Of a stretch of DNA of 64,000 nt, positions 12,775 to 26,886 are shown piece after piece. The stretch spans positions 4,836,001-4,900,000 of the forward strand of contig JBHGNT010000017.1 in NCBI GenBank assembly GCA_043228905.1. The letters are read 5' to 3'. The notes under the pieces are model-generated. The model searched no databases. It saw nothing but the letters and a program-made list of their open reading frames with translations, and was not told where the DNA came from. Origin of the DNA: Azolla caroliniana. Taxonomy: Eukaryota; Plantae; Polypodiophyta. The position numbers and the translations under genes are program-made. Position 1 is the first letter of the stretch. Each line of letters begins with the position of its first letter.

Positions 12775-14314
12775 GGAGAAGAAGAAAAAAAACTGTATTT
12801 ACGTGCTATAATTTTTTCTTTTCTTTATCCAAGGATTCATAATTCAGATTCCAAGAGCTCATACGAAGAAAGTAGGCATTCATTGCACAGACTTTTTTCA
12901 ATTAGCATACACTGTGCTTTAGTTTGATGTTCGGAAACCTCAAAACTTGAGGCTCACTCTCACTTGTCTTTCTTGTAAACCACCCCCCGGCGATACAAAG
13001 TGAAACATGGGAAAGATTCGAGAACACCATATTGTGTGTGTTTTCTTTCTCAAACAAGGGAGAATTGTGTTATGTACATTCTTTTACACATCTGACATGG
13101 CCATGGTTGCCAGATTATTCTTGAATGGGCCAAGAATTCATAATAAAAAGAAAGGTTCACCTTAGAATAAGATATAACATAGAATCAAATACATAATGAT
13201 CGTTATGACAAGATTCTTATTGCCATATGCTTGCTCACTAGCTATATGGATCAATATAGTAAAGGGAGCCTCTGTCTCATTATCTGCTGTATCTCTTTTC
13301 TTGAAGTGTAACATGGTTTACACAACAACCACAAAGTTGTACTGGTTGGGGCCATTTCATTTGTTGTATATGGGATTTGTCGACTCGGAATCAGCACCCC
13401 TCATGAAATACATTATTAACTTTATTCTTTTGGTGATGGTAATGTAATAACTTATCCATTTTGAAATCCATGCAAAGTTTTGGTTAGTTGAAAGATAATA
13501 TTGATATACAAAAGAAAACATATGAAGTGACATACAATGCATAAAATGTGCCATTGATGGTATGTATTGTTTTGTGTATGGAATCAATGTGTATCCTCCA
13601 AGTGGAATGGTTGGTGTAGCATTGTGATGTGTGATAATTGTTGAAATGGTAAGAAGAAAAGATGGTTTAAAAGTGACCCCTTTCAAAATGAATGTCAACG
13701 CCATATTTCTTTTGAAGATAGCTATATGGTATTTGTTATGTGTCCACACTTTGAAGTTGGTATGCTGGAAATATAGTAATTTGCTACCAACAGAGATGCA
13801 TTCGCATGACTGATGTATTTGAGGATAGAAAAGAATGTCTCATGGTTAAATTTACTTGTATTGTGAAGCTTGGTTTGGTAAACTATGCAAATGGTTATTT
13901 TAGCACCAGGTAGGCACGCCATGACCTTGAGGACTTTGCAAACAAGGTTTCATATGCCTCATGCATATTGTCCATTTGGAAATTGTTACCCATATGAGAG
14001 GTACGGGGATAGATAAGTGCCATGTGTTACCCGCACGAGAGGTACGGAGATGGATAAGGGTGAAAGTCTATAGTTTTGTTTTTGTGTATGTGCAAATGTG
14101 CATGAGTGTGAGTGAGAATATGTGCATTTGTATGAACACATGCACATGTGTGCATGTGGATAGATATGAAAGGGTGTGAGTGAATTGTGTGTGAATGGAT
14201 AGTGGGGTATGCATCCTTATGTATCATGTTGATATGTAACCCTCATTGTACTATTTAACCCCGCATGGGGCATGAATGAATAACAAGAAAAAGCTTCCTC
14301 TCTCTCTCTCTCTC

Positions 14315-15894
14315 GTGCACGCGCCTGAAGATACCAAATGACATGATATGGGCCATCTATGCTCTATATGAGCAAGTCTCTGGATGCTTAAGATGCCTAA
14401 GTGGCCTATTTGATTGCTTCACCAACACCATTGTTTTGTGTATGGAATCAATGTGTATCTTTTACGATGACCCAGGAAGCCAAAGATAGGCTAACGAGAT
14501 GGTATGCATCCCTCTCACTCTTAGAGAGACAATGTCACTAGGCATACTTTCAAGAGCCACGGACTAAGGGATGGCTCTTCGACTCATTAGTGACCCCTTC
14601 CCTCATGTAGGCATCAGTAGTTTGGGCTCAAGGTCTACCATCTTTCATGTGGATGCAATTAGAGAGACCTTTGGTGACGATGTTATCATGTCAACTCCGA
14701 AACAAATCAATAGTACCACATGACATTATTAAAGCAAATTTCAATTTGTCACCGATGTTATAGAAGCACTTTTCCAATTCATAGGATACATAGCCAACCA
14801 CAAGATAGGATATCTCATCAAGCTTTTGAGGCATCCTGATCGCTATATGCTTCCAGAGATACTAGCTCTTGATATAGCATTGTAGTGAGTTGGTTACTTG
14901 CAAATGGCATAGACATTAATAACCTACCTCCCCTTAAGTACAACCATGGGACTGATAAAACCTTAATCTCTCATGAGAACCGTAATAAAGTAATACGCCA
15001 AGAAATATGGCAAATTTACACTCGATATAAATGGATCGCCCCACGAGAGCCACTCCCATCTAAAATGTTGTACTATAAGGAACACTTCATGCACTTCTCT
15101 AAGTTAGGTTTTATTACACAACCAAAATATCTAGATACATTCTTATCAAATGCACTAATGGTTACCATTTGACAACTTAGGATATCCCCTCACCAACTTG
15201 AGATTGAGAATGGTCATACTCATAGAGTTCCTAAAGAGGAAAGGATATATAGATTATGTCACATAGAGATAGAGGATGAATATCACTTTACATGCAAGTG
15301 TCCAACTTACGCCGAGATAAGGGCGAAATATCAAGACATACTAGGACCCTCTCCCACCCTCTCCAAACTATTAGATACCCCAAATATAAAGAGACTAGGT
15401 AGGTATATCTTAGAGCTAAAACAACATAGAGGGAATAAGCTACAAAATGTTAACCATAACCATTCTAATATTCACCAACATGTAACTAATGAAACTTTTT
15501 AGGAACAATGGGAGATGATGAATGTGGACACACCTACATCACTCGGCCTCTCCCTTGCTAAAGTAGAAAATCAAAGAACAACCAAACGCTCTCGGATGTC
15601 GGGCTTCAAAGCAACTCGACGTGGAGTAGAAACAATTAAGAAGATAAGGGGACGTGTGTTGCACCGCCTAGAAGCTATGGTTGGGGTACATTTTACATTG
15701 GGACCCTTTGACCTGCTTCTTTTCGAGAGACTTGGATGGAAATGAAACTTCCTTTCTAGAACATGTTTCTTACTAGAACTCTTTAGCTTAAGTCTTATTT
15801 TATTTTATTTTTACTTTCAATGAATAGGTAAATACCCCATTTTTGTTGTAAACCAATTGTCTCATGGGCCAATTTTGGTCTTCGAAGACGTTAA

Positions 15895-15895
<1 letters not shown>
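14315..15895 (+). mobile_element. 5'-truncated non-LTR retrotransposon remnant, RTEX-like (C-terminal CCHC region)
   Basis: Reading through the stop at 15170 gives QLRISPHQLEIENG...PKEERIYRLCHIEIEDEYHFTCKCPTYAEIRAKY, a typical RTEX-type C-terminal zinc-knuckle context. The element has stops and frameshifts, is flanked by (CT)n on both sides, and is homologous to 58780-59350. Confidence 0.7.
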
Positions 15896-15945
<50 letters not shown>

Positions 15946-16099
15946 AACCCCCTGGGAGGGGGGTGGAGCCATTCTAGATTCCACCCCCCATCCCATTATC
16001 ACTTGGCAACAACCATTCTCATATTACCCACCCAGAATGGCTCCACCCCCCACCCCATTATCACTTGGCGACATCCATTCTCAAATCACCCACCCATAG

Positions 16100-19000
16100 A
16101 CAGAAATCATTATCTTGTTTGCCCATTCTTGTGGTTCCTATTCCATACTTGGTGGTGATTGAACTAGAAAATCGATACTTGCAATGCACAACCATCACGT
16201 CTACCATTAGTTGATTGAAAATAGAGCTTGATTAGTGGTGAAGCTATCCCTTGGATGGCACATTACTTGATGTAAATAATTATTGTATCATTTGCTAGAC
16301 ACAAGATGGCAATCTCATTTTTCATCATGTGTAAAAGTGTTTCTTTGGTGGGCAATGGTGGTGGGCCTTCGGCAATGGCTTGAAAAAACCAACACAAATT
16401 TAGATGATGCATGCGTTGACACATGATTGAAGATTATCCCAAGCACATATTTCCTTAGATGCCTAATTACTAAAGTCATTTGCATTGTAATGTCACACTT
16501 TTGGGAATCATTAATTGGGAAATTTGTGTTGCCCTGTCTCACATACCGATCACAATCTATCTTAGGCTTTGATAGTCCACTTTGGGACTACATGTAGATA
16601 TGTGAGAGGCTACGTGCTCTTTGAGTTCTTCGTTATAAGTTTGTGATTGCTTTGCTAGAACTAAGAATACTTGAGCCAAGTCGTTGAACTTGTAGTTTCA
16701 AGGATGTCATGATTGACATGCTTGTTCCAAACTCCTCCATATTGATAGAAATACAAATATGAAAACAAAAACTAGCTTTGGCTCAAAGCAAACTAAAGCA
16801 TGCTATGTGATGTGGTTAACATTGTTATGAACTTACAATACAATAAGGTGAATACATGGAAAAACTTGAAAACATGCATGAAATGCACGAAAGATTAGTA
16901 AGAGATCTTAGATATAATCAAGTATATAATAGCTCAAAGACAAGCAAGAATAGGATGTCTAGAAGACTCGAGAATGCCTTTGAATGGAAACGGTTCAAGA
17001 AGATAAATTTATCTCAGAAGTGGCTTTCTTGGTAACTGTGTATTACTTACAAGTAGAAAGTCGGGAGTTCAACTCTTACTATGCTACAATCTTTTGTGTT
17101 TTGTATGCACATGTATAATATAGGTATGGTTGTACTTGTAACTTGTCATGCTATCTTAATGTAATTATGGTTCTCACATTATCACAATACATGTTCAATT
17201 GTCGCAATATCATTCAAATTGGTTGCATCGGATGACCATTGTTACCATTCTCTCATGTGGTAGGCTAATATGTTTAGATTTAGATAGTTGTGCACTCCTC
17301 CCTCATGCGCCTAATAGTGACAATGCAAACTTGAATCTTAAATATTGTTGTAGTAATTAAGGATGGCATTTCTTTTTGAGTGAAAATGGCCTTGTAATTT
17401 TACTCTTGTGAAATTTAGACATTTTTCTACTTCACTCAAAAGTGTTTGCTCATCCTCGTCATTTAAATAGTTCATCAAATATATGTGTCAGTTAATGGAG
17501 TGATATGTTCACATGGTTGCAGGGAGTTTCATTCATGATTTGGGCCTAGGTTGCATTCTAGGGAAGACCATCAACCTTTGATTCTACAAAGCATGTGCCA
17601 AGAGGATAGCCACTTGCCAACTTGATGTTTGACACTAATGGTTTAGTGGGTGAGATCATGTGTCTTAATCATCGTGGCAAAAAAAAGTTATTGGGGTAAG
17701 CTTATTTGTGTTAATGGAAATGATGAAATAGATTAGGGGACAATAGTGGAAAAACTAAGACTGAGGTATCTTGAATGGCCATTTATAATTTGTCACCAAT
17801 TTCATATATACAAACCATGTACTTTTGTGGTCACGAATACTACTGACCACAACATATTTATGGTTATCAAATTAAAAACTTTGTCTACCTTTACTTCCAC
17901 CTTAATGACAACTCGACTAAGTCTAAAAACTAGTGCCATTCAAGAAATGTTTCATCGATTAGCACATTAGCTTTTGTCATGATAGATGTGTTCTGGAATG
18001 TGTGTTTGTTGATATAAAACAATGATAAAGGTTGAGATAGATGGTTATGTTCATTATATTGTTCTTGTGGACCACCAATGACATGGCTAGTATGAGAACG
18101 CATTTGCCTAGGGGGGTTAGACAAGTGAATGTAAGTGGAAACAAAGTGCTCTTGTATCTTAGACAAGTTAGGTTTCCAAGAAACACCATCTTGACTTTTG
18201 GTGGTTACCATCAAAATGTGGGGTGATAATTATCGTACGCCATGTGTTGTCACTATCACAATTTCTCTACATGTTATTAGTATTTGGGAGACGTAACGTC
18301 ATTCCAACAATTTGTTTACATGATTGATGACCAGTATAGGTACAAGTTTTGATTATGTGATGGCCAAGATATGCATGGTGTTTGATCATAATGGATTTTT
18401 CATAAAAATTATTATCAACATCAAGGTGTTTGGTCATGATGCATGTTTTATTGCAATTATCACAAATGTATTGTTGAGATCAATTTATTAAGATGATTTT
18501 CTTACACCAATTGATAAACTTGATCCTTTGTTTGGGCTTTAAGTATTGCATAGTGCTTGGGTTAATTTGTGCACAAATTCTCTTACAAGCATGGTGTACA
18601 ATCAAAACATATAAAGAATTGCACTACCAAAATTTGATTCAACAAGAATATTAAGTTCTTAAACGTGACTAGTCTTCTTATGGTAGTTTCATTTTAGACA
18701 ACTACGGACATCTAGAATTTTCTTGCTTGCATGTCCTATAGGACAAGTTGAATGGGTTACTATTAGCATTGATGGATGTAGAGTGGACACCATTGTTCAA
18801 AAATAGTAAGCATAGCCTTTTCCCAAAACATGTTCAAAATTTCCATCGATGAGAATCCAAAGGTTTCATTGAGTAAAACTTAACGCACATATTTGATGAC
18901 CATGAATAATATTAATCAAACTAGAGTTTTTGTGTTTGATTTAAGAACTTCTTTGATGTAATTCATTGGTAGTTTATACGGATACACGGCTTTAGCGCTT
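16100..19000. mobile_element. Highly decayed transposon-derived region (probably LTR retrotransposon)
   Basis: Gene-free, CpG-poor, with fragmentary pol-like wording only and no intact motif. Boundaries are approximate. Confidence 0.25.
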
Positions 19001-20008
19001 CATTCACCCAGTAGTATCATATAGTGCATTAACTTGACAGGATAGTTACTTGACAGGATAGTTACTTGATGCTGAAGGTTCTCCATATATAGTTTCGTCG
19101 ACAGATTATTATAACATATCCGACAAGTCTTCAACGTGATTTGGCACACCCATGAGTTTCTTTCCAACAAAAAAGATCAAACAAAAATAAATATAGATGC
19201 ATGATGAGGATTTCATTGGTTGCATTTTTAAAGGACAAGTTAAACAAACCAATAGCAGAAATGGATATAGAGTTGATCTTCGATTTCATTGTTTTCTTTG
19301 GCTTGATCTTAGCTTGCATGCAAACTTATCATGCTGAGCCAAAACCAAAGATGGAGGGGCTTAGGCTATGTCGCTTTTAATTCAATTAAAAAACATTCAC
19401 GCCACACAAGAATACATCTCTTGTAAGATAATAGCATAGTCGCCTTCCTTTTCCATTAAAGGCAACAAAAATAGCATTTGGACATGCTGTTTGGCTTCCA
19501 AGGAGGCTGGAACTGAATGAGTTCACTCAATTTATGGTGATTACAGTGAAAGTGGAAACATTTGAAGCATTTCATGGATTCCCAGTTAGTATAAAAGAAG
19601 ACAGGATTATCTTTCCTATTGGCCATTAATATCACATTAAGCATAACTCATCATAGAGACGGATGAAACGTTGAGAGTCCCTAAATCTGGAAAGACGGGG
19701 CAGTTATTCCATAAAATTCACAACGTAGATCGCTTGTTATAAAGGTTAAGACCATCTCCTCATCATCATAGAGATGAGAAGGAATATATATAACAAGTGA
19801 CTGGTTGATTCGGATCTGAACCCAAAAGAGCAAGGCTTTTTTTTAATACAAAGCTATTACTTCCATAATCATAAATGGTCTCACAAAAGCGTGAAACAAC
19901 TCATTTGCCATTGAGACCGTCCCGAGGTGGGGATATTTAGAGGGCTTTGTGTTCAACACACTCAAATAAAAGCATGTAGATATTATCGGTTTCTCATTCT
20001 CGAGTGTG

Positions 20009-21160
20009 TTAATGATCAGGTCTGTGCTGGCTTCGTCTTCGCCTTCTAGATGATTCAAGAGCTATCTCTTCGGCATCACTGCTCCCCGAAGATGTAGTAG
20101 AATCTACATGTGCATTAGTGTTACGAGGCAAGCTTTCTCCCCATAAGCTCCGGCGAGGAACTCTTAATTGGCTTCGCAAACGCAAGCCTTCATTAGTGGA
20201 CCCGCTTGAAGGCCCGAAAATCTGGAAAAGCAAGAAGACTGTCCACCAGTGCCCATCATCACCAGGAAAATCACCCTCTTCTTCTTCATCTTCTTCTTCT
20301 TCTTGCCCTTCTCCATCCCCATGTTCGATCACATAATCTCCCATCACGGTTGCACCAGGCATAGTAGAATGAATCGTGCTAAGAACATCACCCAAATCTC
20401 TTCTTCTCTCCATACGGCTCCAATTTCTCTCGCGCACAGGATCGATCTCGGAAGGCCGAGCTAAGGGATGTTCGTGCCGAGCATGTACACGGAGTTCTTC
20501 ATAACTTCCCACAAACGAACAAGACTCTTGGGCACAACTCCTTGGCTTGTGGTTTAAATGCTCTCTCGCCGGGTTCACCACTTTCCATCCGGTGACATTG
20601 CCTCTACAAAGAGGGCAGATAAGACCCTTCACATTCCCTTTGACAAATGAGGACGAACCCCCTTCATCTCGACATTCACCTTCCTCCATAAACACTGCTC
20701 CTTCGTCCACACCTTGGATTGGGGTAGTTTCAGTTACTCCAGTCAAAGCAACGTTCTGTCTACTGCTAATGATGTCAGTCGGATTCACTGCATTCCACAC
20801 TCTCTCTACTCTTTCCTCTAGATTTTGCCCCAATGAGGTTTCTGGGACTGGATCCCTTGAAGCACAAGTCTTCATTTTCCCAAGATGAGCCTTTTGATAC
20901 TGATCAAGGCAATTTGAATGCCGATAGCTTGTATCACACATGTATGGGCGGCATCCCTTATCATGTGAAGAGCATAGGAGAAGGACAGCATTATGTGGAA
21001 AATCCATACATATTGGACAAAGTGCATCTTTCCAATCTTTCTTTCCTGGAGAAGCTTCTGATGGATCAGCCTCAAAAAGGGCCTTACCACGGCTCTTATA
21101 TGCATGATATCGGCTTTTCTGTGACGTATTAGCAGGACTGGTTCTTCTATCCTTAGGCAT
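20009..21160 (-). CDS. DUF1644 family (RING-like zinc finger) protein, single coding exon
   Basis: MPKDRR start; CPICMDFPHNAVLLLCSSHDKGCRPYMCDTSYRHSNCLDQY and CPLCRGNVTGWKVV...RSCAQESCSFVGSYEELRVHAR. Probable 5'UTR intron about 21205-21626. Confidence 0.92.
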   Translation of the reverse strand: MPKDRRTSPANTSQKSRYHAYKSRGKALFEADPSEASPGKKDWKDALCPICMDFPHNAVLLLCSSHDKGCRPYMCDTSYRHSNCLDQYQKAHLGKMKTCASRDPVPETSLGQNLEERVERVWNAVNPTDIISSRQNVALTGVTETTPIQGVDEGAVFMEEGECRDEGGSSSFVKGNVKGLICPLCRGNVTGWKVVNPAREHLNHKPRSCAQESCSFVGSYEELRVHARHEHPLARPSEIDPVRERNWSRMERRRDLGDVLSTIHSTMPGATVMGDYVIEHGDGEGQEEEEDEEEEGDFPGDDGHWWTVFLLFQIFGPSSGSTNEGLRLRSQLRVPRRSLWGESLPRNTNAHVDSTTSSGSSDAEEIALESSRRRRRSQHRPDH

Positions 21161-21662
21161 TTTTTCTTTTCTTTTTCTTTCCTCTTTTGTATACTTGAAA
21201 GACCTGATAAAAAACACTTGATATCTCTCTATTAGTAGTAGCAAGATCCTTGTGTGAGGAAAGAGGAAGATATTCCTTCTGTGGATGTTACAAACCACAT
21301 ACAGGCAAAAACTGAAGATGAAATAAAAGTCGAATCCCTTCTGAAGGACGAATAGACCTAGACCTAGAATTCCACATAGTGATCATATCTCTTGAACTTT
21401 GAATTACAGAAAGAAACGAAAACTATGGGAATGGGGAAACCAGTGAAGGTAGGAGTTCCCTATCCAGGCAGGAAGGAGAATAGAAAGGCAGAAAGGGGGC
21501 AGAAACAGCACGAGATAGCAGAATCTCTGTGCATAACAGGATCCATTTGTTTAAACCGTGTAGACAAGAGACAAGGGAGAAAAGGGGAAAGGGAAAGGCA
21601 CGAACAAGAAGCTTTAAGAACCATACCTTATTTGTGGATCCTTCGGCGATGAAGGGAGAGAC

Positions 21663-21693
<31 letters not shown>

Positions 21694-22233
21694 GGAGGGG
21701 AGGTTTCGAGTCTCTGAACGTGCGTGCCTGATCTGAGGAGACTTAGAAGCTCGCCATAGCCATCGCCATAGCTGTCTCCTTCTTCTTCTTCTTCTTCTTC
21801 TCCTTCTTCTTCTTCTCGTGTGTGCGCGTGTGTGTCGTAATAATGTCGTGACGAGAGAGAATACACAGAAAGTTACGAATTTACGAATATGGGCCCAATG
21901 AATAGAATATTTACAAATGTGTCCTAACCTCCCTCCCCCTCCCAAATAAAACGTCTCATTTCATCACACCACAACATTTACTCTATACCACTACTTCTTG
22001 TAGTCTACAAGAGTGTCTTGCTTGATCGTTCTTGGTATCATTTTACTATATATATATTGATCATCAAATACGGGCACTGAATTGTGCACTGGATGATCAC
22101 CACGTCCGCTACATCAAATGGCCCGACCCTTTTTCCCACATGCTATTACTAATCACATCAATTTAGAATTGTTCAGTGAATGGATGGATCAAAGGGTTGC
22201 ATGTGATTAAATCATGATGTGTGTGTTTTGTTT

Positions 22234-22662
22234 TTTCTAGATGGATGCATGTCAATTGGTAAGGTTGCCCAATGGAGACTAAGAGGTTATGGGTTCAATC
22301 CCTACATTCCACAATGGCATCTAGTAAATTAAGAGATATTATTCTATGAAGTAATAGAGGTGAGGAAATTGGGTTTCGAACCCAATACGCAGTGCACCCT
22401 ATTTCTAGATGGATGCGGCTCAATTGGTAAGGCTGCCAAATGGAGACTAGGAGGTTATGGGTTCAATCCCGACATTCTACAATGGCATCTAGTAAATTAA
22501 GAGATATGTATGAAGTAATAGAGGTGAGGAAATTGGGTTTTGAACCCAAGACGTAGTGCACCCTATTTCTAGATGGATGCAGCTTAGTTGGTAAGGTTTC
22601 CCAATCAAGACTTAGTGCACCCTAGTGTAATAACATACCACTAGGGTAAGCTAATTACAATA
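22234..22662 (+). mobile_element. Tandem array (~165-bp period, about 2.5 units) of a bipartite tRNA-like/SINE-like repeat
   Basis: Units start with TTTCTAGATGGATGC at 22234, 22402 and 22566. The full units have GCTCAATTGGTAAG-like...GGGTTCAATCCC on + and a second GGGTTCRAAACCC box on -. Confidence 0.7.
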
Positions 22663-25600
22663 TAGAGTGTTTGTGTGCGCGCGTATGTGAAAGGTCAATA
22701 AGTTGGAGCCCAAATCCATTTGTACCCTTTGGATGGAGGTAGTGCCTCGGGTTGAGTTAAATTTCACACACTATGGTAAAGGAGGAGGAGAACCATTGTA
22801 TCATTAGTGAGAGTCTACCATAGGTAGATGGAGGGAAGGAGATAAAATAATACTTACATGTTAACCACGCTATAAAATGTTGCATGTCCTTTGTCATCGT
22901 GCACATGCCCCCTATCAAATTCTTTGCTTAAACTAAGTTTGTGTGTTGCAACTTAAACTATGTTGCTTTGCTTTAGTTCTCAAACATTAGATGTCGTGTT
23001 CAATAAACATTTTGTCACTTTTTAATGATGTTGCATTTTGCTCTCAAGCGTTAGATGTCGTGTTTAATACACATTTTGTCACTTTTTGAAGTTAACGCTA
23101 GCAATTTGCTCTTAAAAGATTAGCTTCACAAAGTTGACTTACTTCCATGATTCAAGGGGTCGAAATAGTAGCATTGGTTTGCATGTCAAAACTATATGAG
23201 AGTTTTTACAAGAAGACCACATATAAAATTATCATTCTTGAGAAGAGAACACCATGCATGAGCTATAGAACCCATAACCAATGTTACATGAGAGAGTCGT
23301 GTACACTAGCAGAGAGGGTTGTTATCGCATGGTTTTGAGCATGGAACGTATAAATCAAGGCAATACTATGACATGTAGATGTACTTAATGCAACTCTTAT
23401 TGTTTTGTGTCTCTTCTCTTGATCAAATACACATTGTGGAGGCTAGGGGTATTGATTCAATATCAAATGAGCCTATTAATATAATATATGAAAAATATTA
23501 TATTATCAAATATTCACTTTGTTGCCAAAATATTTAAATAGAGGTTTATTAGGATGTGGCATTACACATTCCTTTTGACTAAACAAGGTTTTCAAACCTG
23601 TTTTACCAAAAACACATATGAACACTTGGGTGAACAAAATTAAACAAACAATGAGGTTATTGATTAAGGAGATCATTTCAAAAACATCTATAAGAAAGTC
23701 AGGAACGTGTCTTTTGCCTTGTCTCTTCTTATGATAAAAAATCAAGTTTTAGAAGAAAAAAATATGTGGTTCTGAAATGTATGGAGATATTAATAGGAAA
23801 TTGGTAAATTCACAGTTTTTTCTGTATTTTCACAGTTTTTTTTTTGAGTTAATTACAAATGATAGCCAGATTCCATCCCCCCAAAAAAACTGTGAATATA
23901 CCAATTTCCTATTAATATTGGTTAATTTGCTAGCCATTGAATGGGTAATTGGTTTCGAAGCAGAGATTTGTTAAACTTCAGAAAACTTGAAATAAGCAAA
24001 AGAGTAAAGTGATTATAAATTAGAATTTCAATGAGGATCTTGCATTTGGGCACTCATAAAGTGTAATAGCAACAAAAGCCTTCGTCATAGTTAGGGTCAC
24101 AAATGCTTTGTTAATATTACAAATTGAAACACTAAGGATAAACGATGAATATTTAGATAAAGAAATAATGGTTTAAAGGGGCTTGACCACACCAACCACC
24201 CCCAAGTTAAGGATAAGAGATGAACACAAAATGTCATTAGTGTCCTATAACACTAAATATTAATTTATGTTATATCTTTCATGTTGAGACGAATGGATCC
24301 AAAATAAGAGAGCTTTGTCGCACCAATAGAGTTTCGACAACATCTCAAGACTACTTGAGGTAGAGCATGCTTTTATGCCAATCATAATATGCATCCTTGT
24401 TATTAAGCTTCTTCTAAAGGAATATATTGTCTTTGTTGGAAGTGATCCTTGGTTATTCAAAACTGAACTAGTTGTTGTATTCATACCATAAGTGATTTGC
24501 AATTCTATTTGCTCGAAGTATAGGTATATCTTTTTGGATTGCTATCCCTAACATTTTACCCCTGGGTTTGCTAATGGTTAAATATGTTATCCCAAGTATT
24601 GTTCGTAACACTCGTAAAAAGTTTTTGCATATACCACCATATTCCAAATCTTTATCTACACGAACTAGTGTAGACATTTCGCAAGTGTGCTATATTAGTC
24701 TCACACTAGTCTAGACATTTCACAATCTTGTAGAATATTGGTTCATTTATCTACCATCTCGATCTTCCTTTTGGTGTTGACATTCATAACTATGTTTCAC
24801 AGTAGTTGCTTGAAATAACTTCTTGGTTTTAATGATAACACAATAACCATAAAAGTCTGGTTATTCACAAGTATTTACCTTCTAAACCTCATTTTTGTGA
24901 AAGGAGTCATGATGATTGAACTAAACATTTGAGATCTAGAGAAATTTGAAAATTCTAAATTAGATGATTAGATCAAAATGTGTGTAATGTCACTTGGAGA
25001 AAGAGCACATTCTTAAAGCTAACTTCCATCATATTGATTTGTCATTACAATTGTGCAATGTTTTGGAAACAGGAAATGCACATTTCAGGCATAACCTTGG
25101 GACCAATAAAGCTAATTTTAATGGTTTAAGGGTAGGATAATTAGGAGACCTCTTATCCTAGGACTTGGGACAAATCCATAAAGGCCTACAACACATGGGA
25201 ACAATTGGTAGTCTTGAACCTAAGACATTGGGTTATATAAAGGGGACTAGCTACTCCTTTCATTGTAACATCTTGAGAATTTATGAAGCCTCTATTGGTA
25301 AGGCAAGCTCTCCTCTCTTTGGGTATGTCTTCCTCGATATCCAAGGCATAATGTAATTTATATGGGTCAATAATGATAATTTATGTTATACCTTGGATGT
25401 TGAGATGGGCATATCCAAAAGAAGAGAGATTTGTCTCACCAATGGAGTCTTGACAACACTTTCGAAATTGCATGTTTTCCGTTTTAGGAGAGGGAAGCAT
25501 GTGTCGAAGTAGATCGATACACTATATGTAAGAGGTAAATAAACAACGAGCTACCTTCGATTGCGAACACTTAATCAAGCTATTTCTATGCCACCGAGAT

Positions 25601-26886
25601 GGCCATAACCTATTGTTTTTTCCCATGCTTGACATGTTCTTTCACATTAAAAAAGAAAAGGAAGGAAGCGACAGGAGTTGTCGATGGCGGTTAGTCCCTC
25701 CTTCAGACACCGACATAAAGAAAGGAGAGAATCTATGAGCCACCATATGAGTGGGGCTATATGTATATATTAGGTAGATTTAAAGAGGAGGCCGCGTGGG
25801 CCCCGGTCCAGCCCGACGAGGGAGTCATTGACAAAACCTTGGGACTTCACACGCACGAGAGTCTTGTCAGGCCTCCTACAAACATTTTGTGTGTTCCTTC
25901 CTTTATTCACTTGTTTGTGTGGTCTCTTTTGCTCCTGCAGTTCCACTCAATTCATTCATGGATATGGATTTGGGTATGAAATGGAGATGGACTTAAAGAA
26001 CAGAAAAGGAAACCAAAACAGAACGGAAAACAGAAAGAGTAAATAAATAAAAACACAAACAGAGGTCAAAAAATCCCTGACGTCCAAAAAAAAACGGAAC
26101 AAAAGAAAACGTTAAAAGCAGAAGACGGAACCAATTTCATTCAATTCGTTCATTCATTTGCTTTTTGCTTTTTTCTACTTCTCCAATTTTATGCTATTCT
26201 TCCATTTCTTTATTTGCAAATCTCTGGTGCTTCATCTTCATCTTCATCTTCATCTTCGTCTTCGTCTTCGTCATTCGCCATTCGTCATTCGTCATTCACC
26301 TTCTGCAGACTTTGAATCCTGCCTCGACCCGTACTAATGAATCGAGACGATGGTGTAGAGCTTCTGCCATGGCCTACACCTTCTTCTTCTTCTTCTTCTT
26401 CTTCCTCATCGATCTTCCTGTCTCCTGTCTCATCAATCCGTTGATTTTTGGCTCCCTTTCGACTCCCCACAGCTGCACCTTCTTCTCCCTCCTGGACTTC
26501 ATCTCACAGGTAATTTCTCTCCGCGGCTCTCAAACGTCTTCGCATTATCTTAGGTTTTTCTTGTCTTGTCTCTTCTCTTGTGCTATATCTTTGTCTCCTC
26601 TTCTGCTTCATCATCATCACAAACGTATCTCTGTTTTTTAGGTGACATTTCTCCGCTCCGAGCTAAAGTAGCCTTCCGCATTTCGGAGGTCGCTCTATTC
26701 CTGTATTTGCAGGCTTTCTGAGGTAAGCTTCATGCGTTAGAAATTGTTTTTACGTTTTACAAGGTAAGCTTTATGTGCGAGTCTGAAGTTGTATTTGCGA
26801 GAGCTTTACAGTTTCCTGGCTCTAAGTTCTTTCATCAGACTTATATGACAAGTTTCTGCTTATGATTTTGTTTCAGAGGAGTCGTT

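Noticed and set aside
21161-21298. N-terminal extension of the DUF1644 ORF shown in the ORF track
   Set aside because: Lies in the 5'UTR and its intron; the family-typical start is MPKDRR at 21160.
22234-22662. Functional tRNA genes
   Set aside because: A/B boxes are present but there are no consistent acceptor or anticodon stems, and the copies are diverged and embedded in longer repeat units.
25100-25400. Possible solo LTR (TATAAA followed by CATTGTAAC)
   Set aside because: No TG...CA ends, TSD or second copy could be established.
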